35,565 nucleotides of DNA from an uncultured Thiotrichaceae bacterium (lineage in GTDB: Bacteria; Pseudomonadota; Gammaproteobacteria; SZUA-229), in NCBI GenBank assembly GCA_964425515.1, contig CAYRNH010000001.1:1-35565 (forward strand). The letters run 5' to 3'. This document shows, piece by piece, positions 18,938-29,314 of the stretch (positions are counted from its first letter, which is position 1; every line of letters starts with the position of its first letter). The position numbers were made by a program, and so were the translations under genes. The notes beneath the pieces were generated by a model that worked only from the letters and a program-made list of their open reading frames with translations, had not been told where the DNA came from and ran no database searches.

Positions 18938-19348
18938 ATGAACGAGACGGCTATGGCAGAAGACACTGCTGGCTTGCGTGACCTGCGCGTTATGGTTATC
19001 GATGATAGCAAAACGATACGACGTACAGCAGAAAACCTTTTAAAAAAAGAGGGCTGCGAAGTTGTGACTGCGGTGGATGGCTTTGAGGCGCTTTCTAAAA
19101 TCGCCGAGACCAAGCCCGATATTATCTTTGTCGATATTATGATGCCTCGACTCGATGGTTATCAGACCTGCGCATTGATAAAAAATAATAGCGTGTTCAG
19201 AGAAACGCCGGTGATTATGTTGTCGAGCAAAGACAGTATTTTTGACAGGGCGCGAGGCCGGATTGTGGGTTCCACGCAATATTTGACCAAACCGTTTACC
19301 AAGGAAGATTTACTTGGCGCGATTAAAGAACATGCCAGGATTAAATGA
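18938..19348 (+). CDS. pilG: Pil-Chp response regulator PilG (CheY-like)
   Basis: REC domain nearly collinear with PilG (VMVIDDSKTIRRTAE, IIFVDIMMPRLDGYQTCALIKNN, YLTKPF). The start is chosen at ATG 18938. The track start at 18893 adds a hydrophobic extension not expected for PilG, and ATG 18953 is also possible. Confidence 0.88.
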   Translation: MNETAMAEDTAGLRDLRVMVIDDSKTIRRTAENLLKKEGCEVVTAVDGFEALSKIAETKPDIIFVDIMMPRLDGYQTCALIKNNSVFRETPVIMLSSKDSIFDRARGRIVGSTQYLTKPFTKEDLLGAIKEHARIK

Positions 19349-19393
19349 TAAATAAAGCTGAAAACCTGGTGAACAATAATTACTAATGGTGTT

Positions 19394-19765
19394 ATGACAA
19401 TGGCGAAAATACTTGTAGTCGATGATTCTCCAACAGAAGTCCATGTATTGCAGACCATGCTTGAAAAAAATGGGCATGAGGTAATCGTGGCGAGTTCTGG
19501 TGAAGACGGAGTTATCACAGCAAAAGAAACGCAACCAGACCTGGTGCTGATGGATGTGGTGATGCCTGGTATGAATGGTTTCCAGGCAACACGTCAACTA
19601 ACCAAGCAGAAAGAGACCGCTTCCATCCCGGTTATCATTGTCACGACCAAGGATCAGGAAACTGACAAAGTATGGGCGATGCGTCAGGGTGCAAAAGACT
19701 ACATTGTGAAGCCTGTTCAGGAGAAAGCCTTAATTGAACGCGTAAACAGTGCTTTGGCAGGTTAG
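19394..19765 (+). CDS. pilH: Pil-Chp response regulator PilH (CheY-like)
   Basis: REC domain (ILVVDDSPTE, LVLMDVVMPGMNGFQATRQLT, PVIIVTTKDQETDKVWAMRQGAKDYIVKP). ATG 19400 is an alternative start. Confidence 0.88.
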   Translation: MTMAKILVVDDSPTEVHVLQTMLEKNGHEVIVASSGEDGVITAKETQPDLVLMDVVMPGMNGFQATRQLTKQKETASIPVIIVTTKDQETDKVWAMRQGAKDYIVKPVQEKALIERVNSALAG

Positions 19766-19777
19766 TTGGTAATCAAA

Positions 19778-20326
19778 ATGTCCAGCACAGAAGAAACTGT
19801 TGACCCATTTGAATTGCTGCAAGATATCGAGCGGCGATGCGAGACCCATGCTGCTGGATTGCCCAAACTCGACAAAATCGAAGATGAATGGATAGGTGTC
19901 GGTTTTCGTATTGGCAAAGATAAATTAATTGCAGAGATGGACGAAGTGAAGGAGATACTCGATCTACCAAAATACACTCATGTGCCCGGCGTGAAGTCAT
20001 GGGTTGTGGGTGTTGCAAATGTACGAGGAAATTTATTGCCTATAATGGATTTAAGGGGATTTATGCTGGGCGAAGATATCAAGCAACGTAGAAAAGGTAG
20101 AGTGCTTGTGATCAATTATAAAGGTTTTAATACTGGCCTGGTTGTAGAAGAAGTGTACGGAATGAGGCATTTTATGGCAAAGGACGAAAGTCGCGATCTG
20201 CCAGCTACGCATGAGAAAATTACGCCTTTTGTTGAAAAAGTATATATGCAGAACAGCGAGCGTTGGCCCGTGTTCAGTTTCAAGAAAATGGCACAGGATG
20301 AGCGCTTCGCGCAGGCATCGTTGTAA
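19778..20326 (+). CDS. pilI: CheW-like coupling protein PilI
   Basis: CheW fold motif (VANVRGNLLPIMDLRGF), positioned between pilH and pilJ. The track start at 19766 is TTG; I prefer ATG 19778. Confidence 0.85.
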   Translation: MSSTEETVDPFELLQDIERRCETHAAGLPKLDKIEDEWIGVGFRIGKDKLIAEMDEVKEILDLPKYTHVPGVKSWVVGVANVRGNLLPIMDLRGFMLGEDIKQRRKGRVLVINYKGFNTGLVVEEVYGMRHFMAKDESRDLPATHEKITPFVEKVYMQNSERWPVFSFKKMAQDERFAQASL

Positions 20327-20379
20327 AAGAATAATAAAGCCAGTAGCGCTGGCTATACAAGAAGCGGAGAAATCAGGTT

Positions 20380-22443
20380 ATGAGCGCAGACAAAAAATCG
20401 GCAGCAATCAGTAAGCCATTATTGATACTTGGTATACTGCTAGCTGCTGCCATTATTGCGATGTTGGCAAGCTTGTATTACGTGGGCACTAAACGTGCTG
20501 ATTTGCAGAGACATAGTGAGCTGGTAGCTGAGCAGCTATTGCTGTCACAGCAAATGGCGACATTTTCATTGGGCGCATCATCTGCCAAAGAATCTGACTT
20601 CACAAACCTGACTTCGTCACGGTCGCGGTTCGATGAAATTCTCAAGACATTCCGTAAAGGTGATCCTGCCACCAAAACCACTGCGCTGAATGCCAAATTA
20701 TCACCAGCACTTGGTGCTGTTGAAGACAGCTGGGGCCAATATCGAAAAGATGTTGAAATTATCCTGAAAGGTAAGCAGCCTATTTCTGAAGTGGGCGAAC
20801 TCTACAAAGTGATTGATAGTTTTATTCCGCAAATGCTGACCTACTCGGATGAAGTGGTGGGCGTGCTGATGGAAAAGAAAGCTTCAGACCGCCAGATCTA
20901 TCTCGCCAGTCGACAGATGATGTTGTCGCAGCGTATTAAAAACAATCTTAATCAGGTGCTGGCAGGCGGTGATACTGCTGCCGCGGCGGCTGACCGTTTT
21001 GGTCGAGATGCGGCCTTATTTGGCCGTGTACTAGATGGTTTGTTAAAAGGGTCGACCAGCCTTCGTATTAAAAAGGTCACAGATAAAGAAGCTGTTGCCA
21101 AGCTGCGAGAAGTGGCGATGCTGATCAGTGCGGTGAGTGACAATATCGCAGGCGTGCTGCAGTTATCACCAGAGTTGTTTGAGGTAAAAGACGCGGCCGG
21201 ACGCATACCCAAAGACAGTGAAAAATTGCTCGGTGTACTCAAGACCTTGCAGAGTGGTATTAACAATCAGGGCGCGCTGCTGGATAAGATTCAGTATGGC
21301 GGTATTATCTCAGGTGGTGTCGCTGTTTTGCTCATCCTGATTCTGGGTAATCTGCTGATTCGTGATGCAAGAAAACGCGAGGAGATGGCGCTGGATAATA
21401 ACCGTAGAAACCAGCGCGCTATTTTACGGCTGCTCGACGAAATGGCCAATCTGGCGGATGGTGACCTGACCGTGCACGCAACGGTGACCGAAGAAATTAC
21501 CGGTGCGATTGCGGATTCGGTGAATTTCACCATTGATGCGTTGCGTACCCTGGTAACCACGATTAACTCCACCGCGGCCGAGGTGTCATCCTCTGCTGAT
21601 AAGACGAGGCAGACCGCGAACTCACTGGCGCAGGCGTCTAGCAAGCAGGCACGAGAAATCGCTTCTGCGAGTGCGGCGGTAACAGATATGGCTGAATCAA
21701 TGGAATCGGTAACGCGCAATGCAGCTGAGTCCGCCGATGTGGCGCTGAAATCTGTGGAGATCGCGCAGAAAGGTGCCGACGTGGTACGTAAAACCATCGG
21801 TAGTATGGAAAACATTCGTGAGCAGATTCAGGAAACGTCAAAACGTATCAAACGTCTTGGTGAATCGTCGCAGGAAATTGGTGATATCGTGGGCCTGATT
21901 ACAGAAATTGCGGATCAAACCAATATTCTGGCGTTGAACGCCGCAATTCAGGCATCGACCGCAGGTGATGCGGGTCGTGGTTTTGCGGTGGTTGCCGACG
22001 AAGTGCAACGACTTGCTGAGCGTGCAAGTAATGCAACCAAACAGATCGAAGGCCTGGTGAATACCATTCAGGCGGATACCAACGAAGCAGTTAAATCGAT
22101 GGAAATGAGCACCTCGGGTGTGGTCTCGGGTGCGGCGATGGCGGAAGACGCGGGTGAGGCCTTGAAAGAAATCGAGGATGTATCAACCGAGTTATCAAAA
22201 CTGATTCAGGGAATTTCGGATTCTGCACGCAAACAATCTGAAGTTGCTAACCATGTGTCACAGTCGATGAACGTAATTCAGGAAATCACGGTACAGACAT
22301 CTGAAGGTACCGAGGAAACGTCTACATCGCTTAATGCACTTAACGAATTGTCAAGCGAACTAAGTCAATCAGTATCTGGCTTTAAACTACCGTCAGATAT
22401 TGGCAGTGGTGTTGAAACCGTTATTCTGAATAGTCAGGCATAG
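20380..22443 (+). CDS. pilJ: Methyl-accepting chemotaxis-type receptor PilJ
   Basis: 687 aa with two TM segments flanking a periplasmic domain. The highly conserved MCP signalling hairpin is present ([40 protein letters not shown]). GGAGA lies upstream of the ATG. Confidence 0.9.
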   Translation: MSADKKSAAISKPLLILGILLAAAIIAMLASLYYVGTKRADLQRHSELVAEQLLLSQQMATFSLGASSAKESDFTNLTSSRSRFDEILKTFRKGDPATKTTALNAKLSPALGAVEDSWGQYRKDVEIILKGKQPISEVGELYKVIDSFIPQMLTYSDEVVGVLMEKKASDRQIYLASRQMMLSQRIKNNLNQVLAGGDTAAAAADRFGRDAALFGRVLDGLLKGSTSLRIKKVTDKEAVAKLREVAMLISAVSDNIAGVLQLSPELFEVKDAAGRIPKDSEKLLGVLKTLQSGINNQGALLDKIQYGGIISGGVAVLLILILGNLLIRDARKREEMALDNNRRNQRAILRLLDEMANLADGDLTVHATVTEEITGAIADSVNFTIDALRTLVTTINSTAAEVSSSADKTRQTANSLAQASSKQAREIASASAAVTDMAESMESVTRNAAESADVALKSVEIAQKGADVVRKTIGSMENIREQIQETSKRIKRLGESSQEIGDIVGLITEIADQTNILALNAAIQASTAGDAGRGFAVVADEVQRLAERASNATKQIEGLVNTIQADTNEAVKSMEMSTSGVVSGAAMAEDAGEALKEIEDVSTELSKLIQGISDSARKQSEVANHVSQSMNVIQEITVQTSEGTEETSTSLNALNELSSELSQSVSGFKLPSDIGSGVETVILNSQA

Positions 22444-22479
22444 TAGAAGTTCGTAAGTGCTAACAGACAGGTAGCATAA

Positions 22480-25400
22480 ATGAAACCGCAAAGCACTGCA
22501 GATTACAACTCACTGAGCTGGGTTAAGAAGCAGCTAGACGATGTGCTGGCCGAGGCGCAACGCGCCCTGTCTGACTATATCGAAAATAGTGACGAAAGCT
22601 CCTATTTGCAAAAATGTATCGACAACCTGCGGCTGGTGTCAGGCACCCTGCAGATTGTCGAAGTCTATGGCGCCGCTATGCTCGCTGAGGAAATGGAGCA
22701 GACCGCACTCGCACAGCTTGAGGGTAAAGTAGACAAGCCTGAAGACGTGTATGATGTATTGATGCGCGCGATGCTGCAGCTGCCGGATTATCTTGAAGGA
22801 CTGCAGTCTGGTAATAAAGATACGCCTATTGCATTACTCCCCTTAATGAATGACTTGCGTGCGGCGCGCAAAGAAAGTCTCCTCTCCGAAAATGTTTTAT
22901 TTCTCCCCGACGTAGAGTCGGTCATTATTGAAAGTGACGATGCGACCGAAGTTGATGTCGCACAGGGAAAATTACAGCAGGAAGCGCGTCGTTTAAGAAC
23001 GCATTATCAACTGGGTCTGCTGGATTATCTTAAAAATAATAAAGAGCGCGCGGGTCTGCAGCGCATGACGGCTGTTATTGCTGCCCTGGAAAAAGTATCG
23101 GCAGATGTTTCAGTCAGGCAGTTCTGGATGGTGATATCAGGCTTGCTGGAAGCGCTTAGCCAGCAGGGAATTGATAGCAATATCAGTGTCAAGGTATTGC
23201 TGGGTAGTATTGATCGGGAAATAAAATTACTGATTGATAGCGGCGAGGATAATTTTTCGAAGAACTACTCACGTGAATTGCTGAAAAATTTACTCTATTA
23301 CATCGCACGTAGTACTTCAAAAGGTGTTCGTGTTAATCGTATTTCCACTGCCTATCGTCTTGCGGAGCTGTTGCCGTCAGATTCAGGTGGTGCTGAATTC
23401 GATGCCAGCATGGGTGGGCTAAACACAGAACTCTTTAATACTGTTTCACAGGGAATTAATGAAGATCTTTCGCATGTTAAGGATACGCTGGAAGTATATG
23501 CTCATAGCGGCGATCGTAATGCGGAGCAGTTGCAACCACTTATTGAGCAATTATCAAAAATTGCCGATACCTACGGAATGCTAGGTGTTGGCTCTGCGCG
23601 ACAGCGCGTACTGGATCAGCGCGCAGTGATAGAGAAAATCGTCAGTGGTGAGGTTGATACTGGCGAAGAACTTGTCATGAACATCGCCGGTGAGTTGCTG
23701 GTTGCTGAGTCTGAACTTAACAACTTTATTGCGCGTCGTTCGGGATCGGTTGTGGCCGGTATGAGCGATGTTGATAGCCCGGTGGCGACGGCTGAATTTC
23801 GACAGGTGCTTTCAGCAGTTATTAATGAAGGCCTGAAAAATTTCACCGAAGCTAAAGAAGCTATCTTGTCTTATGTAAGTGGTGTTGGGCAAAAAGGTCA
23901 GTTAGAAACTATCGTACAGAAGCTCGAAGAAGTGCGCGGCATAACATTAATGATGCCCATGGAGCAGACCGAGTCACAAATCAACAAGTTGATAACCTAT
24001 GTAAATGTGGCGCTGATACAAAATCATCACGTACCGGGCGCTGATGAGCAGGATATTGTTGCTGATGTAGTGACTGCCATTGAATATTACCTGGAGGCGG
24101 TTGCTGAAGGCCGACCTGGCGTTGAAGTCAGTGTTCGCGCGGGTGACGTTGCGGCAGACAAGTTGATTGTTGTTGCAAATAGTTACCCTGCAACAAGTTC
24201 TGATACCACTGCTCTGCTGGAGAATGATGAATCTGAGATAGCTCCGCCTGAAGTTGAAAAACAGCCTGAGGCGTCGGCGCCAAAACAGGTGAAAGCTCCA
24301 GAGGCAAGCGCTGAACATGGTGAATACGCCATTATTGGTGATGATGCAGATGAGGAAATCGTAGAGATTTTCATTGAGGAAGCGCTTGAAGTGCTCGAGA
24401 ATCTGAATACTTACCTCCCAGCATGGAAGAAAAATAACGAGGATGCGGAAGCGCTAACAGTGGTGCGCAGATCGTTCCATACTCTGAAAGGTAGTGGCCG
24501 CCTGATAGGCGCAAATCTTATTGGAGAGTTCTCGTGGAAAGTTGAGAATATGCTGAATCGCGTTATTAATAATCAGATTCAGCCTGATGATTATATGTTC
24601 CAGAAAATGGATGAGGCACTAACGGTGCTTCCCCAGTTGATCGAACAAATTAAAGGTAATCGAGAACCTGTGGACAATGTGCAGGAACTTATGGATGCGT
24701 TTGATGCGTTGAGCGAAGGCAGAGATACAGCAGAGCCACCTGCGCAGAGCGCATCTCAGGATGAAGAAGTCGATGTAGAGAATGAAGAAATTGAATTAAG
24801 CTTACCGGAAGATGAATCATCTGAGCTTGAAGATGCTTCCGATGATGAAGCGACTGCGGGTGATGTGTATACGCTTGCCGATGAAGATGACTCAGAAGGT
24901 GAGACGATTGAACTGGTTTCAGGCGATTCTGATCTTCCAGAGGAAGATATCGAAGAGGAAGCGCTCGAACTGGCATTTGAAAAGTCACCTGAAGACGAAG
25001 ACCTGGAGATCACTCTTGGAGAAACGGGGGGTGATGAGTCAGATACGATTGAGCTACTAGATGCTGGTGATATCGAAGATGATATCAACGAGCAAGAGTT
25101 CGAAATCGACGAAAGCGATTTACAGGCAACAGATAAGCAGGATGCGCCGCGCGTACATATGGATCCAATGCTGTTTAAGATTTATTACGATGAGAGCCAG
25201 AATCATATCGCGCAGATTGAGGCTATGCTGAAAGCGCATCATTCAGGCACGCATAAGCTTGAAGCTAATAAAGACATGATACGAGCACTTCATACTCTCT
25301 ATGGAAGCGCCAGGACTGCAGAAGTGGAGTCCATCGCGGAAATTTGTGGTGTGACAGAAAAATACCTAAGAGCGAAACAGGAGGCTACTGATATCAGTCT

Positions 25401-28092
25401 TCAGCCTGAAGCGGTTGACCTGATTACTGAAGTTAAAGATGCGGTTAAACTCAAACTTGAAGTATTAAAAAAGGGTGAGATTCCCGTAAGCAGCAAAGAT
25501 CTGCATAGTCGAGTAACAGCACTGGTGCAGAAAGAGCTGCAGAGTCAGTTGCAGGAGTCGTCTCTTAATGATGACTTTGATAATGAAGAGACATTTGAGA
25601 TTGATGCCGAGGCTCTGGGGATTACCGAGGAAGAAGAACCGGTAGCAGCGCCAGAAACAGCAGGAAATAAAGAAACACCAGCGGCCCAGCCAAAACAAAA
25701 CAAACGTTTTGTTGAATATCAGAACATAGACGATGAACTGATCGATATTTTTCTGGAAGAGGCCGACGAAATTCTGGAAAGCTGTGAAGCTGGCGTAATG
25801 GCTGTCATTGAGAATCATAATGATACAGAACAGGTGCATAGCCTGCAGCGTCATATGCATACACTCAAGGGTGGTGCGCGCATGGCTGAGTTAACGCCGG
25901 TTGGTGATTTGACGCACAATCTTGAAACATTATTGATAATGCTTACGGATGGCAAGATTGAGCCAGAAAAAATAGTATTTGACACCTTGCATGAATCTCT
26001 GGACGTACTTACATCCATGCTGGCGGATGTAAGGAAAAGGCAGCCGATTGAAATAGCAGATGATTTGAATTCGCAAATCGAATCAATCATGCGAGGAGAG
26101 GCTCCAGACAAGCGCGCGGTTGAACGTTTTGATGTGGAGCTGAATGAGCTTACGGAGGAAGCCGACACCTCAGGTGAAATCGCCCTCAGTGAAACAGAAA
26201 GCGAATTCAGTGAAACAGAAGAAAGGAAAGCTGGCTGGGGGGAACGTGCAACAGATGTTAATGCGCGCGATACCCAGGAACTGGTACGTGTTCGTGCTGA
26301 TCTGTTAAATGATCTGGTGAATTATGCGGGTGAGGTCAATATTTACCACGCGCGTATGGGTCAGCAGATGAGCGATGTCAGTTTTAACCTTGCCGAGCTT
26401 GAGCAGACAGTTGTACGCCTTAAAGAGCAGCTGCGTAACCTGGAAATTGAAACCGAAATACAGATTCGCTCCAATTACAGAAAAGAGGCCGACCAGTACG
26501 GCTCGGATTTTGATCCGCTTGAAATGGATAGATATTCAACCCTGCAGGCCCTGTCACGAAGCCTGAGTGAAACAGCAGGCGACGTGGAAAGTATTAATGG
26601 CATCATCGGCGATATCGTACGTGATTCAGAAACCCTGTTGTTGCAGGAATCGCGCGTAAGCACAGAATTACAGGAAGGTTTGATGCGTACGCGTATGGTG
26701 CGTTTCGGAGGCCTGGCTACTCGCCTACGTCGTATTGTTCGCCAGACAGCAAAAGAACTGGGTAAAGAAGTAGAGCTTGAGATAAAAGGCGATACCAGTG
26801 AGGTTGATCGCACGGTGCTGGATCGTATTGTTGCACCTCTTGAGCATATGCTACGCAACGGCGTTGCGCATGGTATCGAAAAGCCCGAAGAGCGAGCTAA
26901 ACTCGGAAAACCCGAAACAGGTACCATCAGTATTAGTGTTTATCGCCATGCTACAGACGTCATTATTCATGTGCAGGATGATGGTAGCGGAATGGATGCG
27001 AAAGCCATTCGTACAAAAGCGATTGAGCGCGGACTGATGAATGCAGACAGTAATTTATCTGATCGCGATGTGTTGCAGTTTATTCTTAAAGCAGGGTTTA
27101 GTACCGCAACTGAAGTCACCCAGGTCGCGGGGCGCGGCGTTGGTATGGATGTGGTCGATAGCGAAATTAAACAGCTGGGTGGTTTGCTCGAAATTGAAAC
27201 CGTGCCAGGGAAAGGGACGTTGTTTAAGATTCGTTTGCCTTTGACTTTGGCTATCAACCAGGCCTTGCTGGTAAATGCGGCGGACGATGTTTACGCGGTA
27301 CCACTGACAAGTATCGAGGGCGTGGTGCGTGTTACTGGTGCTGAATTACAATCCTTTTACGATAGTAATCAGAAGCACTATCATTTTAACTCTGTTGAAT
27401 ATGAGCTGTTACATCTGGGCAAGTTACTAACAGGTGTACAGGGTGATTATACAGATCAGCACCGGTTGTTCCCTGTATTGCTGGCTAAAGTGGGTGAGCA
27501 TCATTACGCGCTACATGTGGATGACCTTGTTGGTCGTCGTGAAATCGTGGTTAAGCCAGTCGGCCTGCAGATTGGTCTGGTCCGAGGAATTGCGGGTGCC
27601 ACAATTCTTGCAGATGGCCGTGTGGTGCTGATTCTGGAAATGTCGGCACTGGTGGTTGGTGAAAATCTATTTACGCAGATAGTCGAGGAAGAAGAAGTCA
27701 TTATGCCTGCCAAGCTGGCAGAGACTACTGTTATGGTGGTAGATGATTCGATTACCATACGCAAAGTTACAGAGCGTATTCTGGTAAGAAATGGCATCAA
27801 GGTGCTGCTTGCAAAAGACGGTGTAGATGCGACGAATATTCTACAGGACCACAAACCTGATCTGATGCTGCTTGATATAGAAATGCCACGCATGGATGGA
27901 TTTGAACTGGCGACTTATATACGAAATGATGAGCGACTCAAAGATTTGCCAATTATTATGATTACATCACGTACTGGCGCCAAGCATAAGCAGAAAGCCA
28001 TGGATATTGGTGTTAATCAATATTTGGGTAAGCCCTATCAGGAAGAAGAATTGATGCAGAATATTAATAGCCTGCTGGCTGAAATTGGATAG
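22480..28092 (+). CDS. chpA: Hybrid CheA-type histidine kinase ChpA (multi-Hpt, kinase core, CheW-like domain, C-terminal REC)
   Basis: 1870 aa. Canonical Hpt motifs occur at His667 (FHTLKGSG, nt 24478), His938 (LHTLYGSA, nt 25291) and His1127 (MHTLKGGA, nt 25858). HATPase boxes are present (LEHMLRNGVAHGIE, DDGSGMD, GRGVGMDVV). A CheW-like domain follows, then REC (VMVVDDSITIRK...LMLLDIEMPRMDG). Confidence 0.92.
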   Translation: MKPQSTADYNSLSWVKKQLDDVLAEAQRALSDYIENSDESSYLQKCIDNLRLVSGTLQIVEVYGAAMLAEEMEQTALAQLEGKVDKPEDVYDVLMRAMLQLPDYLEGLQSGNKDTPIALLPLMNDLRAARKESLLSENVLFLPDVESVIIESDDATEVDVAQGKLQQEARRLRTHYQLGLLDYLKNNKERAGLQRMTAVIAALEKVSADVSVRQFWMVISGLLEALSQQGIDSNISVKVLLGSIDREIKLLIDSGEDNFSKNYSRELLKNLLYYIARSTSKGVRVNRISTAYRLAELLPSDSGGAEFDASMGGLNTELFNTVSQGINEDLSHVKDTLEVYAHSGDRNAEQLQPLIEQLSKIADTYGMLGVGSARQRVLDQRAVIEKIVSGEVDTGEELVMNIAGELLVAESELNNFIARRSGSVVAGMSDVDSPVATAEFRQVLSAVINEGLKNFTEAKEAILSYVSGVGQKGQLETIVQKLEEVRGITLMMPMEQTESQINKLITYVNVALIQNHHVPGADEQDIVADVVTAIEYYLEAVAEGRPGVEVSVRAGDVAADKLIVVANSYPATSSDTTALLENDESEIAPPEVEKQPEASAPKQVKAPEASAEHGEYAIIGDDADEEIVEIFIEEALEVLENLNTYLPAWKKNNEDAEALTVVRRSFHTLKGSGRLIGANLIGEFSWKVENMLNRVINNQIQPDDYMFQKMDEALTVLPQLIEQIKGNREPVDNVQELMDAFDALSEGRDTAEPPAQSASQDEEVDVENEEIELSLPEDESSELEDASDDEATAGDVYTLADEDDSEGETIELVSGDSDLPEEDIEEEALELAFEKSPEDEDLEITLGETGGDESDTIELLDAGDIEDDINEQEFEIDESDLQATDKQDAPRVHMDPMLFKIYYDESQNHIAQIEAMLKAHHSGTHKLEANKDMIRALHTLYGSARTAEVESIAEICGVTEKYLRAKQEATDISLQPEAVDLITEVKDAVKLKLEVLKKGEIPVSSKDLHSRVTALVQKELQSQLQESSLNDDFDNEETFEIDAEALGITEEEEPVAAPETAGNKETPAAQPKQNKRFVEYQNIDDELIDIFLEEADEILESCEAGVMAVIENHNDTEQVHSLQRHMHTLKGGARMAELTPVGDLTHNLETLLIMLTDGKIEPEKIVFDTLHESLDVLTSMLADVRKRQPIEIADDLNSQIESIMRGEAPDKRAVERFDVELNELTEEADTSGEIALSETESEFSETEERKAGWGERATDVNARDTQELVRVRADLLNDLVNYAGEVNIYHARMGQQMSDVSFNLAELEQTVVRLKEQLRNLEIETEIQIRSNYRKEADQYGSDFDPLEMDRYSTLQALSRSLSETAGDVESINGIIGDIVRDSETLLLQESRVSTELQEGLMRTRMVRFGGLATRLRRIVRQTAKELGKEVELEIKGDTSEVDRTVLDRIVAPLEHMLRNGVAHGIEKPEERAKLGKPETGTISISVYRHATDVIIHVQDDGSGMDAKAIRTKAIERGLMNADSNLSDRDVLQFILKAGFSTATEVTQVAGRGVGMDVVDSEIKQLGGLLEIETVPGKGTLFKIRLPLTLAINQALLVNAADDVYAVPLTSIEGVVRVTGAELQSFYDSNQKHYHFNSVEYELLHLGKLLTGVQGDYTDQHRLFPVLLAKVGEHHYALHVDDLVGRREIVVKPVGLQIGLVRGIAGATILADGRVVLILEMSALVVGENLFTQIVEEEEVIMPAKLAETTVMVVDDSITIRKVTERILVRNGIKVLLAKDGVDATNILQDHKPDLMLLDIEMPRMDGFELATYIRNDERLKDLPIIMITSRTGAKHKQKAMDIGVNQYLGKPYQEEELMQNINSLLAEIG

Positions 28093-28555
28093 GACTGTGA
28101 GCGCTAAAAAAATAAAATGTGTTTTACTCACCTTGCGCACCGAAAATGTGGTGGTGCCTAACGCAGCGCTAGCTGAAATTGTTTCTTTGCGTGATGTGAA
28201 TAAAGTAGATAATGCGCCGCAATGGCTGCTAGGAAAAATGCACTGGCGTGGTGTTGATATTCCTCTGGTGTCATTTGAGGCGGCGGCAGAAGGTTCGAGC
28301 ACGGCCATGAATGCAAATCAGGCTGCGGTGATACATTTGATTAGCGCTGATGGGAAATCCGTGTACCCTTATGTCGGCTTATCCATTTCGGGTGTGCCAC
28401 ATATTAGCGAGTTCTCAAAGGAACAGATTACGGTTGATGCTCAGGAACGAAAGGCGCACCCGATGGTTGCGCAGAGAATACGAATTAATGGTGCGGCAGC
28501 GAGTATCCTGAATATTGACTCAATCGCTTCGATGCTTAAAAAGGCTGCTGTTTAA
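28085..28555 (+). CDS. chpC: CheW-like protein ChpC
   Basis: About 150 aa CheW-like protein (LTLRTENVVVPNAALAEIV..., WRGVDIPLVSFE), immediately after chpA. The start is ambiguous: TTG 28085 overlaps the chpA stop, and GTG 28097 lies just after it. Confidence 0.75.
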   Translation: MDRTVSAKKIKCVLLTLRTENVVVPNAALAEIVSLRDVNKVDNAPQWLLGKMHWRGVDIPLVSFEAAAEGSSTAMNANQAAVIHLISADGKSVYPYVGLSISGVPHISEFSKEQITVDAQERKAHPMVAQRIRINGAAASILNIDSIASMLKKAAV

Positions 28556-28582
28556 TCCGGCCGAATTTATAATTTTCGCGTT

Positions 28583-29311
28583 TTAGCCCAGGTCGCCCCA
28601 TAATGCCTGCAAAGCTGCAATGCAGGCTATGCTTGCAGTTTCGGTGCGCAGAATTCTTGGCCCAAGACTGACTCCAGTAAAACCATGCTTTTGTGCCAGT
28701 TCAATTTCAGTTTCTGTCAGGCCGCCTTCAGGCCCGATTAACAAAACAATTTCCTCAGCCTTATCAAGTGTGCGAAGTGAAGCGCTAGCTGCAGGATCCA
28801 GAACCAGCTTTAATGCGGGCTTTGTTTCTTGCAGAGCGGTTTCCAGGGTGCATACATTGTCAAGCTTAACAAGCTGGCTGCGCCCAGACTGCTCGCTGGC
28901 GCTTATGATAATTTGTTGCCAGTGATCGAATTTCTTTTGTTTTCTTTCGGCGTCGAGACTGATATTGGTGCGATTACAGAGTGCCGGCGTAATTTTATCG
29001 ATGCCGAGTTCGGTTGCTTTTTGAATAGTCAGGTCCATGCGGTCGCCACGTGATACGCCCTGCAATAAATGAATGCGCAGCGGAGATTCCCTGTGACATG
29101 CGGTCATTGCGTTAACATGAATACTGGCGGCTTTCGGGTTTTCATCGAGCAAGACGCAGTCGTATTCGTATGCGCTGTTGTTAAAAACCGTGATTTCTGC
29201 GCCTGCTGTCATCCGCAGTACGCGTATTAAATGGTGTGATGCTGTTTTATCCAGCACCACTGTGCTGTTCACAGCAAGTTCAGCGGCATAATAAATGCGA
29301 GTAGTACGCAC
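28583..29311 (-). CDS. rsmE: 16S rRNA (uracil1498-N3)-methyltransferase RsmE
   Basis: 242 aa with an MRxxRIY-type N-terminus and the SPOUT C-terminal motif LLIGPEGGLTETE. The GTG start lies 3 nt after the metF stop. Confidence 0.88.
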   Translation of the reverse strand: MRTTRIYYAAELAVNSTVVLDKTASHHLIRVLRMTAGAEITVFNNSAYEYDCVLLDENPKAASIHVNAMTACHRESPLRIHLLQGVSRGDRMDLTIQKATELGIDKITPALCNRTNISLDAERKQKKFDHWQQIIISASEQSGRSQLVKLDNVCTLETALQETKPALKLVLDPAASASLRTLDKAEEIVLLIGPEGGLTETEIELAQKHGFTGVSLGPRILRTETASIACIAALQALWGDLG

Positions 29312-29314
29312 TGG

